Assembly: GCA_041640575.1 (NCBI GenBank)
Contig: JBEPZZ010000003.1
Coordinates: forward strand, 39,709-103,708
DNA: 64,000 nt
Direction of reading: 5' to 3'
Origin: Pseudothermotoga sp.
GTDB lineage: Bacteria > Thermotogota > Thermotogae > Thermotogales > DSM-5069
Shown here: piece after piece, positions 18,281 to 26,878 of the stretch
Position numbering within the stretch: the first letter of the stretch is position 1
Layout: each line of letters opens with the position of its first letter
Notes under the pieces: generated by a model
Seen by the model: only the letters and a program-made list of their open reading frames with translations
Told to the model about the DNA's origin: nothing
The model's database searches: none
Position numbers and translations under genes: made by a program

Positions 18281-19825
18281 ATGGCAGAAGTTAATGGTAA
18301 AGTGATAGGCGATGAAATTGCAACAGAAGAAGTTGAATTTCAAGAAAAATATCTTTCACGAGGTCAATTAATTTGGAGAGCATTTTTGAAGCATAGACTC
18401 GGGGTTGTTGCACTTATTATATTGGCAATTCTTTACATCGCTGCGTTATTCGCAGATTTCCTCTCGCCATATAACCCACTTGAGCAATCACTCAGGCATA
18501 CTTATGCGCCACCTACTAAGATCTATAGAACCTACAAAAATCAGCGGGTTAAACCTTATATTCTTCCAGTTATAACGTTTGTTGACAAGATAACCTATGA
18601 AAGAACATACAGAGAAATGCTTTATCCTAGCAGGATAGTTGTGGAAAAACCAAGTGGTGAGAGAGAGACCTATGAACTTGGAAAAGATGGTGTTGAAAGC
18701 ATAAGATTTCAAATTTCATCGATTGAAAGCATAAAAATAAATGGTGAATGGTATGACGTGAAGAAAAGCCCAAGGATGGCTGAATATTTATTGTTCGGCT
18801 ACAATGATGAAGCATTGAGCAAAGGAATGTCACGTTTCGAAACAAATTCTGCTGTTGCTCAGGAAGTTTATTTCAAATCATATGGTGCCAGGTTCGGACT
18901 GACAGACGAGGAACAAATAGAAACCATAGCAATAACTGAAACGATAGACAGCGTAATTGTTAGAAAAGATGGACGACCTCAAATGGTGTATGGCAATATT
19001 GTTGATTATGATTACAAAACCTATCCTGTAAAATGGTTCGTTAAGAGCTGGACCGGAAAATTGTTCTGGCTGTTTCCCTTGGATGTTCATTTGTTTGGTG
19101 TTGAGAATTATGACAGTAATCCATATGTAAAACTGTTTATAATGGGTGCTGACCTATATGGTAGAGATGTTTGGTCAAGGATAGTTTTTGCATCGAGAAT
19201 CTCACTATCCATTGGTTTCATAGGCATGGTTATTACCTTTGCGCTTGCCATGGTCTTTGGGGGTATATCTGGATATTACGGAGGATTAGTAGATGAAGCT
19301 TTAATGCGGTTTGCAGAAATAATTATGTCAATTCCGAACTTCTATCTTTTGGTAATGCTTCGAGCTATGCTTCCTCTTGATTTGCCATCCACTCAGATTT
19401 ACGTACTCTTAGTCTTCATTTTGGCGTTTGTCGGTTGGGCCGGTACATCTCGTGTCATAAGAGGAATGGTGCTATCAATTCGCCAGCGGGAATTTGTCGA
19501 GGCAGCTATAGCAATAGGACTACCCCATGGAAAAGTCCTCGCTCGTCATATTTTACCCAACACTGCTACCTATCTCATCGTTGCTTCTACGCTGAGAATA
19601 CCAGGTTACATTCTGGGTGAGGCCGGTTTAAGTTTCCTTGGGTTAGGTATAAGAGAACCCTACGCTTCCTGGGGCTTGATGCTTGCTCAGGCGCAAGATG
19701 TTTATGTTATAACAAGGGCTCCATGGCTGTTGATACCAGGGGTACTCATAGTAATCACTTGTTTATCCTTCAATACTGTTGGTGATGCATTAAGAGATGC
19801 GTTGGATCCAAGATCTTTAGGATGA
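18281..19825 (+). CDS. oppC: Peptide ABC transporter permease (OppC), system 2, with a large extracytoplasmic insertion
   Basis: FLKHRLG, YAPP, MGADLYGRD, HILPN, GDALRDALDPR; ATG 18281 follows GAGGAGG. Confidence 0.9.
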   Translation: MAEVNGKVIGDEIATEEVEFQEKYLSRGQLIWRAFLKHRLGVVALIILAILYIAALFADFLSPYNPLEQSLRHTYAPPTKIYRTYKNQRVKPYILPVITFVDKITYERTYREMLYPSRIVVEKPSGERETYELGKDGVESIRFQISSIESIKINGEWYDVKKSPRMAEYLLFGYNDEALSKGMSRFETNSAVAQEVYFKSYGARFGLTDEEQIETIAITETIDSVIVRKDGRPQMVYGNIVDYDYKTYPVKWFVKSWTGKLFWLFPLDVHLFGVENYDSNPYVKLFIMGADLYGRDVWSRIVFASRISLSIGFIGMVITFALAMVFGGISGYYGGLVDEALMRFAEIIMSIPNFYLLVMLRAMLPLDLPSTQIYVLLVFILAFVGWAGTSRVIRGMVLSIRQREFVEAAIAIGLPHGKVLARHILPNTATYLIVASTLRIPGYILGEAGLSFLGLGIREPYASWGLMLAQAQDVYVITRAPWLLIPGVLIVITCLSFNTVGDALRDALDPRSLG

Positions 19826-19832
19826 GAGATAA

Positions 19833-19852
19833 AGCGGTCCGAGAGGACCGCT
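19833..19852. terminator. Bidirectional intrinsic terminator between convergent oppC and murC
   Basis: AGCGGTCC-gaga-GGACCGCT with a GNRA loop and A/T tracts on both sides. Confidence 0.8.
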
Positions 19853-21191
19853 AATTTTTCTTAAGATTTTTAACTGTTCGAACGAAATCTTGACTTGTCC
19901 TTATTATATCGCCAGCACCTACAAAAAGATACACTGTGTTTTCAGTGAGAGGAATAAGATATTCCAAGACTTCATGAGAACTTACATAAAGGCTTTTCTT
20001 TCCGAGCGATACCAATCCTTCAACTATTACTTTGGATGAAAGTTTTGGAACATCGACTTCAAAAGCATCATATACTTCGGTTACGTAAACTTCATCCGCT
20101 AATTCCAATGCTCGTGCAAAGTTTCCGTCCTCTCTTGCCAATCGAGTATAACGATGTGGTTGGAATATCACAACCTTTTTTTGGTTAGGGAATCTTTCAC
20201 TTGTAGCTTTTAGGAGTGAACGAATTTCATCTGGTGTATGTGCATAGTCGTCGACGACAAAAATTTGTCGGTTTTCGTCAATAGTCGTCACCGTGAATCT
20301 TCTAAATGTGTTCACAAAGGTTTCCAACGCACCTATCACAGCCGGTACCTCATAACCAGCTGCCCAAAGCAATGTTACGACGGCCATTGCATTTAGAACA
20401 TTATGTTCTCCAGGTATTTTCAAGGTCAAAGTGTATATCTTACCATCGAGCTCGATGTTTGCTCTCTGAGCAAATGGATCAGCTGTTCGATCAAGTAATC
20501 TGCAAATTCCTCCAGTTCTACCGAAGCTGAATCTACTCAGCTGTTTTGTTAGTTCGTCTTCAAAATTTGTAACTACGATTTTTTTAGTGCCTGATGCTAG
20601 CCTCTCAAAGCAAGACCTGTAAAATGTCACATCCGATTTGAAATTCTCAAGATGATCTCCCCTGGCATTAGTTATAATGAGAAAATCCGGTGAAAAGTTG
20701 CAAAAATCCGGTTGACTCTCATCAAGCTCGTAAACAATTTCGTTGCTCCCTTTTCTATAGTTTCCATATTCAAGTGAGCTATGTATCCCGCCTAGAAAAA
20801 CTGTTGGGTTTTTACCAATTGTTTTTAGAGCATGGGCAAGCATGGCTGTAGTCGTAGTTTTGCCATCTGAGCCAGTTACCGCATACTGCGAATGTCCGCT
20901 AACAACTGATTGTAAAAATTCAAAGCGATTTATGATTGGAACATTTTCCTTTCTGGCTCTCACTATCTCTGGGTTATCCCTGTGAACTGCTGGTGTATAG
21001 ACCACCATATCTGGCTCTAACCAGTTTCCATAACTGTGACCAAAAAAAATCTTTATACCAAGGTTCTGGAGAAGTTTGGTTTGTTCATTTCGGTGTATAT
21101 CTGAACCATACACCTCTTTCTCGTTCAAATGGGAATGTAATGCTAAAGAGCTCATTCCTATACCGCCAATACCAATAAAGTGTATTCTCAT
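19851..21191 (-). CDS. murC: UDP-N-acetylmuramate--L-alanine ligase
   Basis: IHFIGIGGIGMS, GSDGKTTT, ELDES, DDYAHTP, FQPHRYTR. Confidence 0.95.
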   Translation of the reverse strand: MRIHFIGIGGIGMSSLALHSHLNEKEVYGSDIHRNEQTKLLQNLGIKIFFGHSYGNWLEPDMVVYTPAVHRDNPEIVRARKENVPIINRFEFLQSVVSGHSQYAVTGSDGKTTTTAMLAHALKTIGKNPTVFLGGIHSSLEYGNYRKGSNEIVYELDESQPDFCNFSPDFLIITNARGDHLENFKSDVTFYRSCFERLASGTKKIVVTNFEDELTKQLSRFSFGRTGGICRLLDRTADPFAQRANIELDGKIYTLTLKIPGEHNVLNAMAVVTLLWAAGYEVPAVIGALETFVNTFRRFTVTTIDENRQIFVVDDYAHTPDEIRSLLKATSERFPNQKKVVIFQPHRYTRLAREDGNFARALELADEVYVTEVYDAFEVDVPKLSSKVIVEGLVSLGKKSLYVSSHEVLEYLIPLTENTVYLFVGAGDIIRTSQDFVRTVKNLKKN

Positions 21192-22210
21192 CGAATCTCC
21201 TCCAAAATCAATTTTGCAATCTCCGAAGCTGGATTCTCCTTCTTTTCTTCTCTTCGCTCCAGTTTCATTGCTTTCCTCAAAGCTGCCAAAAGATTATCTT
21301 TATTACAGTCCTTTTCTCTAAGCAACACCGCACGTCCAATTCTCTCAAGATACATTGCATTCATAATCTGATGTTTTCCAGCCGAACCTTCCCACGGTAT
21401 AAGTACACCAGGCACACCAAAATATAACATCTCGCTTATGGTTAGTGCTCCAGCTCTTACGATTGCTACTCTTGCTCTCCTCCAGACAGGTGTCATTGAA
21501 TATATATAGTCGTAGGCTATTACATTCTTAAATCTGGAGAGCCTTCTTGTCCATTCTGGATCACCAGTCGCGTGAACAAAAATAGTTGTTGAATCTTCCT
21601 CATATATTTCCTCCATTACAGAATTCAAGAAACTGCTTCCCTTACTACCCCCAAAGACTAGAACAAAATCAACTGCTTCATTCCAGAAGCTATCTTCTTT
21701 TATTCTTACTGGATTCCCAGTTACTACTATCTTTTTTCTCACCGATCGTGGAAAATAAGTTACACTGTCTTCGAAACCAACGAAAATTTTTCTTGCGCCT
21801 CTACTTAAAACTTTGTTCGCCAAGCCAGGTATTATATTTTGTTCCTGAATGAACAATGGCTTTTTTTGCTCTAAAACTACCTTACCAACTGGGTAAGACA
21901 CATATCCACCAGTCACAAAGCCAAAATCACATTGCTGCACTTCCGAAGTAATCATACTCTTAACTCTAATGATTTTCAATAGTCTTTTAATATTTGTCAG
22001 GCTAAACACAGGCCTTTGCAATCCAGAAACATCAAGTTTAATAGTATGGTAGTCCGGATGTTCGACCGGTATTATCCGACCTTCTAATCCTCTTTCCAGG
22101 CAAAAATAGGCAATCTCTAAACCATCCCTGAGCTTTGATAGAGACTCTAGGACAGCCAAGGCTGGGTAAAGATGTCCACCGGTTACTCCACCAGCAACCG
22201 CTATTCTCAT
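21188..22210 (-). CDS. murG: Lipid II GlcNAc transferase
   Basis: GGVTGGHLYP, GGYVS, EQNIIPG, TGNPVR, GGSKG, RAGA, HQIMNA. Confidence 0.93.
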   Translation of the reverse strand: MRIAVAGGVTGGHLYPALAVLESLSKLRDGLEIAYFCLERGLEGRIIPVEHPDYHTIKLDVSGLQRPVFSLTNIKRLLKIIRVKSMITSEVQQCDFGFVTGGYVSYPVGKVVLEQKKPLFIQEQNIIPGLANKVLSRGARKIFVGFEDSVTYFPRSVRKKIVVTGNPVRIKEDSFWNEAVDFVLVFGGSKGSSFLNSVMEEIYEEDSTTIFVHATGDPEWTRRLSRFKNVIAYDYIYSMTPVWRRARVAIVRAGALTISEMLYFGVPGVLIPWEGSAGKHQIMNAMYLERIGRAVLLREKDCNKDNLLAALRKAMKLERREEKKENPASEIAKLILEEIR

Positions 22211-23295
22211 ATTGTTTCACTTCCGTTTGGCTGATTTGTTAAAATATTGATAACTATACCAAAGGCACCAAGTATCGTTACCATGGAGCTGCCACCGTAA
22301 CTTATTAAAGGTAAAGCAATACCAGTTACTGGTAGTACCCCAGCGACAACCCCAAGATTTACGAGAACCTGAAGCATAATTAGAAAAGAAAAACCAACAA
22401 TGTAAGATGATGCAAAGGTGTCAGAAATTCTTTCAACACTTTTGAGCAAGATTCCAACGAGTATTACGAATAATGCTATAACTGCTATTATTCCTAAAAT
22501 GCCAAATTCTTCACCAAGTACCGACAATATAAAGTCAGTCACAACTGCTGGTACAGTCAATTTCACAGTCCCAAGCCCAATTCCCTTGCCGGTGATTCTT
22601 CCTTCTCTAATAGCTTGCAAAGATTTGGCTACTTGTTCCGGAATTTGCCCTTCGAAAAAGGTCCTTAAACGCCATAATTGATAATCACTTAGAAAAACTT
22701 TCATTTTCGCGAAAACAAATATTATTAAAAAAGAAAGACCGAGCGTTAATGCTATATAGATTCCTCTGGTACCATGCGAGTAAAGAAGTAACAAAGTCAG
22801 TGCAAAGAGAATGAGAGCAGTGCTTAGATCTGGTTCAAAAAGTATCAGTGCAAGCATTGGTGAAATAAGTAAAATTGGTAGTACAAATCCTTTAAAGAAT
22901 TCTCCCATTCGAGATTTGTTCTGAGAAATGTAGCTTGAGACAAATATGATAATAGCTATTTTTGCGAATTCAGATGGTTGAAAGTTGAAAAATCCTAGCG
23001 TAACCCATCTGTGTGATCCACCAATGGCAGGATAAAAGAACGGCATTACTAACAGGCCCAAGGCCAAAAAGTAATAGAAAACGGCTAATCTTTCATGAGT
23101 CGAGTAATCAACTATTACGGTAACCACCATAAGTATTACACCGACTACAAGCCTTTGAACATGCTCTGAAAAAATATTTCTGTATGTATTCCCAAATAGA
23201 ACCAATTGAGAAGCCACATCAACGCTTGATATTAAAACCATGCCTACAACAATAAGAATGGATACGACAAAAATCAATGGTACACACTGTGACAA
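22207..23295 (-). CDS. ftsW: SEDS family peptidoglycan polymerase FtsW
   Basis: RW....FNFQPSEFAK, EPDL, TDFI, PVTGIALPLISYGGSS; located between murD and murG. Confidence 0.9.
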   Translation of the reverse strand: MSQCVPLIFVVSILIVVGMVLISSVDVASQLVLFGNTYRNIFSEHVQRLVVGVILMVVTVIVDYSTHERLAVFYYFLALGLLVMPFFYPAIGGSHRWVTLGFFNFQPSEFAKIAIIIFVSSYISQNKSRMGEFFKGFVLPILLISPMLALILFEPDLSTALILFALTLLLLYSHGTRGIYIALTLGLSFLIIFVFAKMKVFLSDYQLWRLRTFFEGQIPEQVAKSLQAIREGRITGKGIGLGTVKLTVPAVVTDFILSVLGEEFGILGIIAVIALFVILVGILLKSVERISDTFASSYIVGFSFLIMLQVLVNLGVVAGVLPVTGIALPLISYGGSSMVTILGAFGIVINILTNQPNGSETI

Positions 23296-23298
23296 AAC

Positions 23299-24582
23299 TT
23301 AACCCCCCAGCATGGATTTTACCACAATTTCAAAATGTTCTCCCCGCTCCTCGTAATTTCTGTATAAATCGAAGCTTGAACCTGCAGGACTTAGAAGAAC
23401 AACATCGCCGGAATCTGCGATTTCGAACGCTTCTTGAACCGCTTCTTCCATGTTTTGAACGATTCTTACATCAATTTGTCTAGAGATCAGCGTCTTGGCG
23501 AGCAGATTAACCATTTCGCCAAACATTACAACTGCCTTTGCTTTCATGAGAATCACTTCAGTTAACTTTGTGTAATCCTCATTTTTACCTCTTCCGGTCA
23601 GGATTAATACTACTCTCTTACTATCGAAATTCTCCAAAGCGGCTATTGTCGCTGCAGCACTTGTAGATTTTGAATCGTCATAGAAACTTATCCCGTTAAT
23701 TTCACCAACAAATTGCATCCTGTGCTTTGGTGGTTTGAAATCTTCCAAGAATTGAAGGGAATCCTCTGATTTAAAACCAAGAACTCTGAGAATTTCGAGT
23801 GTCGCCGATAAATTCCATAAATTCTGTGAAGTATAAAGATAAGAATTGTAAAAGTGGTATTTCTTTCCCGATAATTCCAGTATCATTTCCTCTCTATTTG
23901 CTTTCACACAGTTGAAGCCTACTGTGTTTTTATACTCTCTGGCAAGCGAAACCAATAAAGGATCCTGTGCGTTATAAACTCTGACGTTGGAAAAGTCGAA
24001 AAGTTTTATTTTCGAACGGTAGTAATGTTCAAAATCTGGGTGCCAATCAAGATGGTTTGGGCTTATGTTGAGGATCGCACCTATGTCAAGCGGAATTTTT
24101 TTCGCCCAAAACAATTGAAAACTGCTCAGTTCAAGTACCAAATATTCAATGTCTTCTTCAATTAGTTTTGCAACTGGATTACCTACGTTACCAAGGCAAT
24201 CAACTTTCTTGTACAACTTTCGCAAAGCATGGGTCAACATGTTACATGTTGTAGTTTTACCATTCGTACCTGTGACTCCAATTATGCACTTGGGCCTTAG
24301 TATCGAGAAAACAACATCTAGATCCGTTACGACTTTTTCTGTTGCAATAGAAATAATCGGATGATTTGGCTTTACAGAAGGACTGACAACTATTCTATCA
24401 GCCTTCAAAATTAATTCGCTATTACGGCCTTCTTCATACGCAGCACCAAATGATTCGAGTTCAACTTTTTCCTCATCTGTTAGCATCCTGGCCTCACTGA
24501 CAAAGACATCATACCCCATTTTCCTAAGGAGCTTGCAAAGTTGTTTGTTACTTATTCCATAACCAACTAGTGCATAGCGCAA
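23299..24582 (-). CDS. murD: UDP-N-acetylmuramoyl-L-alanine--D-glutamate ligase
   Basis: GTNGKTTT, ELSSFQL, HLDWH, DDSKST, LSPAGSSFD; TTG 24582 follows GGAGG. Confidence 0.95.
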   Translation of the reverse strand: MRYALVGYGISNKQLCKLLRKMGYDVFVSEARMLTDEEKVELESFGAAYEEGRNSELILKADRIVVSPSVKPNHPIISIATEKVVTDLDVVFSILRPKCIIGVTGTNGKTTTCNMLTHALRKLYKKVDCLGNVGNPVAKLIEEDIEYLVLELSSFQLFWAKKIPLDIGAILNISPNHLDWHPDFEHYYRSKIKLFDFSNVRVYNAQDPLLVSLAREYKNTVGFNCVKANREEMILELSGKKYHFYNSYLYTSQNLWNLSATLEILRVLGFKSEDSLQFLEDFKPPKHRMQFVGEINGISFYDDSKSTSAAATIAALENFDSKRVVLILTGRGKNEDYTKLTEVILMKAKAVVMFGEMVNLLAKTLISRQIDVRIVQNMEEAVQEAFEIADSGDVVLLSPAGSSFDLYRNYEERGEHFEIVVKSMLGG

Positions 24583-24604
24583 ATAAGATTCCTCCAACAT
24601 TTAA

Positions 24605-24633
24605 ATTATAGATTTTCTGAATGCAAAAGACAA
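24605..24633 (-). promoter_or_regulatory. Promoter of murD-ftsW-murG-murC
   Basis: TTGTCT-N17-TATAAT on the minus strand. Confidence 0.7.
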
Positions 24634-24675
24634 TCATTTAGTCGGAAATTTATGATTTCTACATGGTTAAAAATA

Positions 24676-24704
24676 TTGATTTCTGAATAAGTAAGATTTA
24701 TGCT
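24676..24704 (+). promoter_or_regulatory. Promoter of the eda-tctCBA operon
   Basis: TTGATT-N17-TATGCT, upstream of the GAGGAGG SD. Confidence 0.55.
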
Positions 24705-24735
24705 ATAAGTATCGCAGAACTATGAGGAGGGACGA

Positions 24736-25374
24736 TTGATGCACGAAATTATCGAGCGAATTTTGGAATCTGGTATAGTTGCTGTGATAAGAGCTGAATC
24801 TCCCGAGAGAGCTATTGAAATCTGTCGTGCCTGTAGAGAAGGCGGAATAATCGCTATCGAAGTTACTTTTAGCGTTCCTCATGCAGTCGACGTAATACAT
24901 GAACTTGACAAAGATTTGGGCAAAGAGATCCTACTTGGTGCTGGAACAGTTCTAGATCCTTACACGGCTAAAATAGCTATTGAAGCTGGAGCGAAGTACA
25001 TTGTTGCGCCAAATCTTTCAGAAGATACCGCTCTTCTATGCAACAAGCATCGAGTTCCATACATTCCTGGTGTTTTGACACCAACAGAAATCGTAAAAGC
25101 TCTTGAGTTAGGTGTACCATTGATGAAACTCTTCCCAGCTTCAACGGTTGGTCCTTCTTATATCAAAGCAATTCATGCCCCATTGCCTCAAGCAAGACTT
25201 ATGCCAACAGGAGGAATTGAACTTGAAAACGTGAAAGAATGGATCAAGGCTGGGGCAGCAGCTGTAGGTGTTGGTGGCGGTTTGACTAAGGGAACAAAAG
25301 AACAGATTGCTGAAACTGCAAGCAAGTTCGTAAAGCTGATAGCAGAAGTAAGAAGTGAATCTCCGAGGAGGTGA
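24736..25374 (+). CDS. eda: KDPG/KHG aldolase
   Basis: VAVIR, IEVTF, LGAGTV, TPTE, KLFP (Schiff-base Lys), PTGG. Confidence 0.93.
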   Translation: MMHEIIERILESGIVAVIRAESPERAIEICRACREGGIIAIEVTFSVPHAVDVIHELDKDLGKEILLGAGTVLDPYTAKIAIEAGAKYIVAPNLSEDTALLCNKHRVPYIPGVLTPTEIVKALELGVPLMKLFPASTVGPSYIKAIHAPLPQARLMPTGGIELENVKEWIKAGAAAVGVGGGLTKGTKEQIAETASKFVKLIAEVRSESPRR

Positions 25375-25378
25375 ACTT

Positions 25379-26335
25379 ATGAAGAGGTTGCTGGTGGTAA
25401 TATTTTTCTTAGCACTTAGCATTAGTGCTTTGGCGGTTGACTACCCAAAGAAGGCTGTCACTATCATATGTCCATGGGGAGCAGGTGGCGGAACCGATAG
25501 ATTAGCAAGATTCCTTGCTGATGAATTAACAAAGAAATTGGGACAAACCTTTGTGGTTGTGAATCGAACAGGTGGCAATGGAGCGGTTGGACATGTAGCA
25601 GGTGCTACGGCAGCACCTGACGGCTACACCCTGACCCTAGTAACACTCGAGATTGCAACTATGCATTGGATGGGATTCACAGATCTCACTTTTGAAGGAT
25701 TTGAGTATATAGCTATGGTGAATGAAGACCCTGCTGGAGTCATCGTAAAATCTGATGCTCCATGGAAGAATTTACAAGATTTGCTAAAAGATATCAAGGC
25801 AAATCCTGGAAAATACTTATTCTCCGGCACAGCATCCGGAGGAATATGGGATCTTGCCAGAATCGGTATGCTTGATGCAGCCGGTATTGATCCTGACGCG
25901 ACCGTTTGGGTTCCAACAACAGGCGCTGCTGCTGCTCTCGTAGAGCTTTTAGGTGGTCATGTCAATGTGGTAACGTGTTCGATAGCTGAAGCAGTTTCGC
26001 AAATTCAAGGCGGCCAAGCAAGAGCGCTAGCTGTCATGGCTGATAGCAGGCATCCAATGTTCCCAGATGTTCCGACACTTAAAGAGTTTGGTATAAATTG
26101 GAGCGCTGGCACTTGGAGAGGGTTGGCAGCACCCAGGAATACTCCCAAGGAGATCATACAGTTATTGGAGAAAACAGTTCTTGAGATTACAGATTCAGAA
26201 GCCTTTAAGAATTTTATGAAAACGAATGGCTTTGGAATAAGAGTTTTGAAAAGTCAGGAATTCTACGAGTTTGTGAAATCACAAGATCAAGCATGGAAAC
26301 ATGTACTTGAACTTGGTGGGTATTTGAAGAAATGA
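25379..26335 (+). CDS. tctC: Tripartite tricarboxylate transporter substrate-binding protein (TctC/Bug)
   Basis: Signal peptide; YP.K.V.II.PWGAGGGTD..AR, VVNRTGGNG, APDGYT, PDVPTLKE. Confidence 0.92.
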   Translation: MKRLLVVIFFLALSISALAVDYPKKAVTIICPWGAGGGTDRLARFLADELTKKLGQTFVVVNRTGGNGAVGHVAGATAAPDGYTLTLVTLEIATMHWMGFTDLTFEGFEYIAMVNEDPAGVIVKSDAPWKNLQDLLKDIKANPGKYLFSGTASGGIWDLARIGMLDAAGIDPDATVWVPTTGAAAALVELLGGHVNVVTCSIAEAVSQIQGGQARALAVMADSRHPMFPDVPTLKEFGINWSAGTWRGLAAPRNTPKEIIQLLEKTVLEITDSEAFKNFMKTNGFGIRVLKSQEFYEFVKSQDQAWKHVLELGGYLKK

Positions 26336-26341
26336 TAACAT

Positions 26342-26370
26342 CGGCGGTAACCAAAAGGTTACCGCCGTTT
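26342..26370 (+). terminator. Stem-loop after tctC
   Basis: Perfect 11-bp CGGCGGTAACC-aaaa-GGTTACCGCCG followed by TTT. Confidence 0.75.
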
Positions 26371-26382
26371 GAGGTGAGTAAA

Positions 26383-26862
26383 GTGAAACTCAGAACTGGC
26401 GAGTTTATACTTGGGATCTGTGTTATCTTGCTTGCAGCTTACGTTCTTGTGATTATTACAGATTTTCCAGATTTTACCCTTAGAGGCAAGAAGCTACCAG
26501 GACCGCGATTCTTTCCGATGCTTTTATCTCTTTTTTTGATTGGTTTTGGCTCATTCTTCATTGTAACAAGCTTTAGGACTCGATCGAATAGTTCCTTACG
26601 TGAGGGTGTGATTAGTTTTGAGGGTATCTTAAACTGTTTTGTAATCCTTTTATCAGTGCTGATTTTCATGCCTTTATGTAACCTTTTGGGTACAACATTC
26701 ACAATAGTGTTTTTGGGGTCAGTTATCATGGTTTTTCTTGGGATAAAATGGTATGCTTCAATTCTATATTCTTTGCTTCTCGGTTTACTTGCAAGGGTTA
26801 TTTTCGTGGATTTCTTTAAGGTTGCTCTGCCGGTTGGAATGTTATTCAAAATATTCAAGTGA
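26383..26862 (+). CDS. tctB: Tripartite tricarboxylate transporter small subunit TctB
   Basis: About 4 TM helices, GPRFFP motif, C-terminal F.V.LP.G; GTG 26383 follows GAGGTGA. Confidence 0.85.
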   Translation: MKLRTGEFILGICVILLAAYVLVIITDFPDFTLRGKKLPGPRFFPMLLSLFLIGFGSFFIVTSFRTRSNSSLREGVISFEGILNCFVILLSVLIFMPLCNLLGTTFTIVFLGSVIMVFLGIKWYASILYSLLLGLLARVIFVDFFKVALPVGMLFKIFK

Positions 26863-26878
26863 ATAAGGGGGTACACCC

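Noticed and set aside
26332..26382. ORF-track N-terminal extension of tctB (and similar extensions of kduI, togB, cheA, rho, rplF, rplX and others)
   Set aside because: These run through hairpins, promoters or upstream genes; the SD-supported starts lie downstream.
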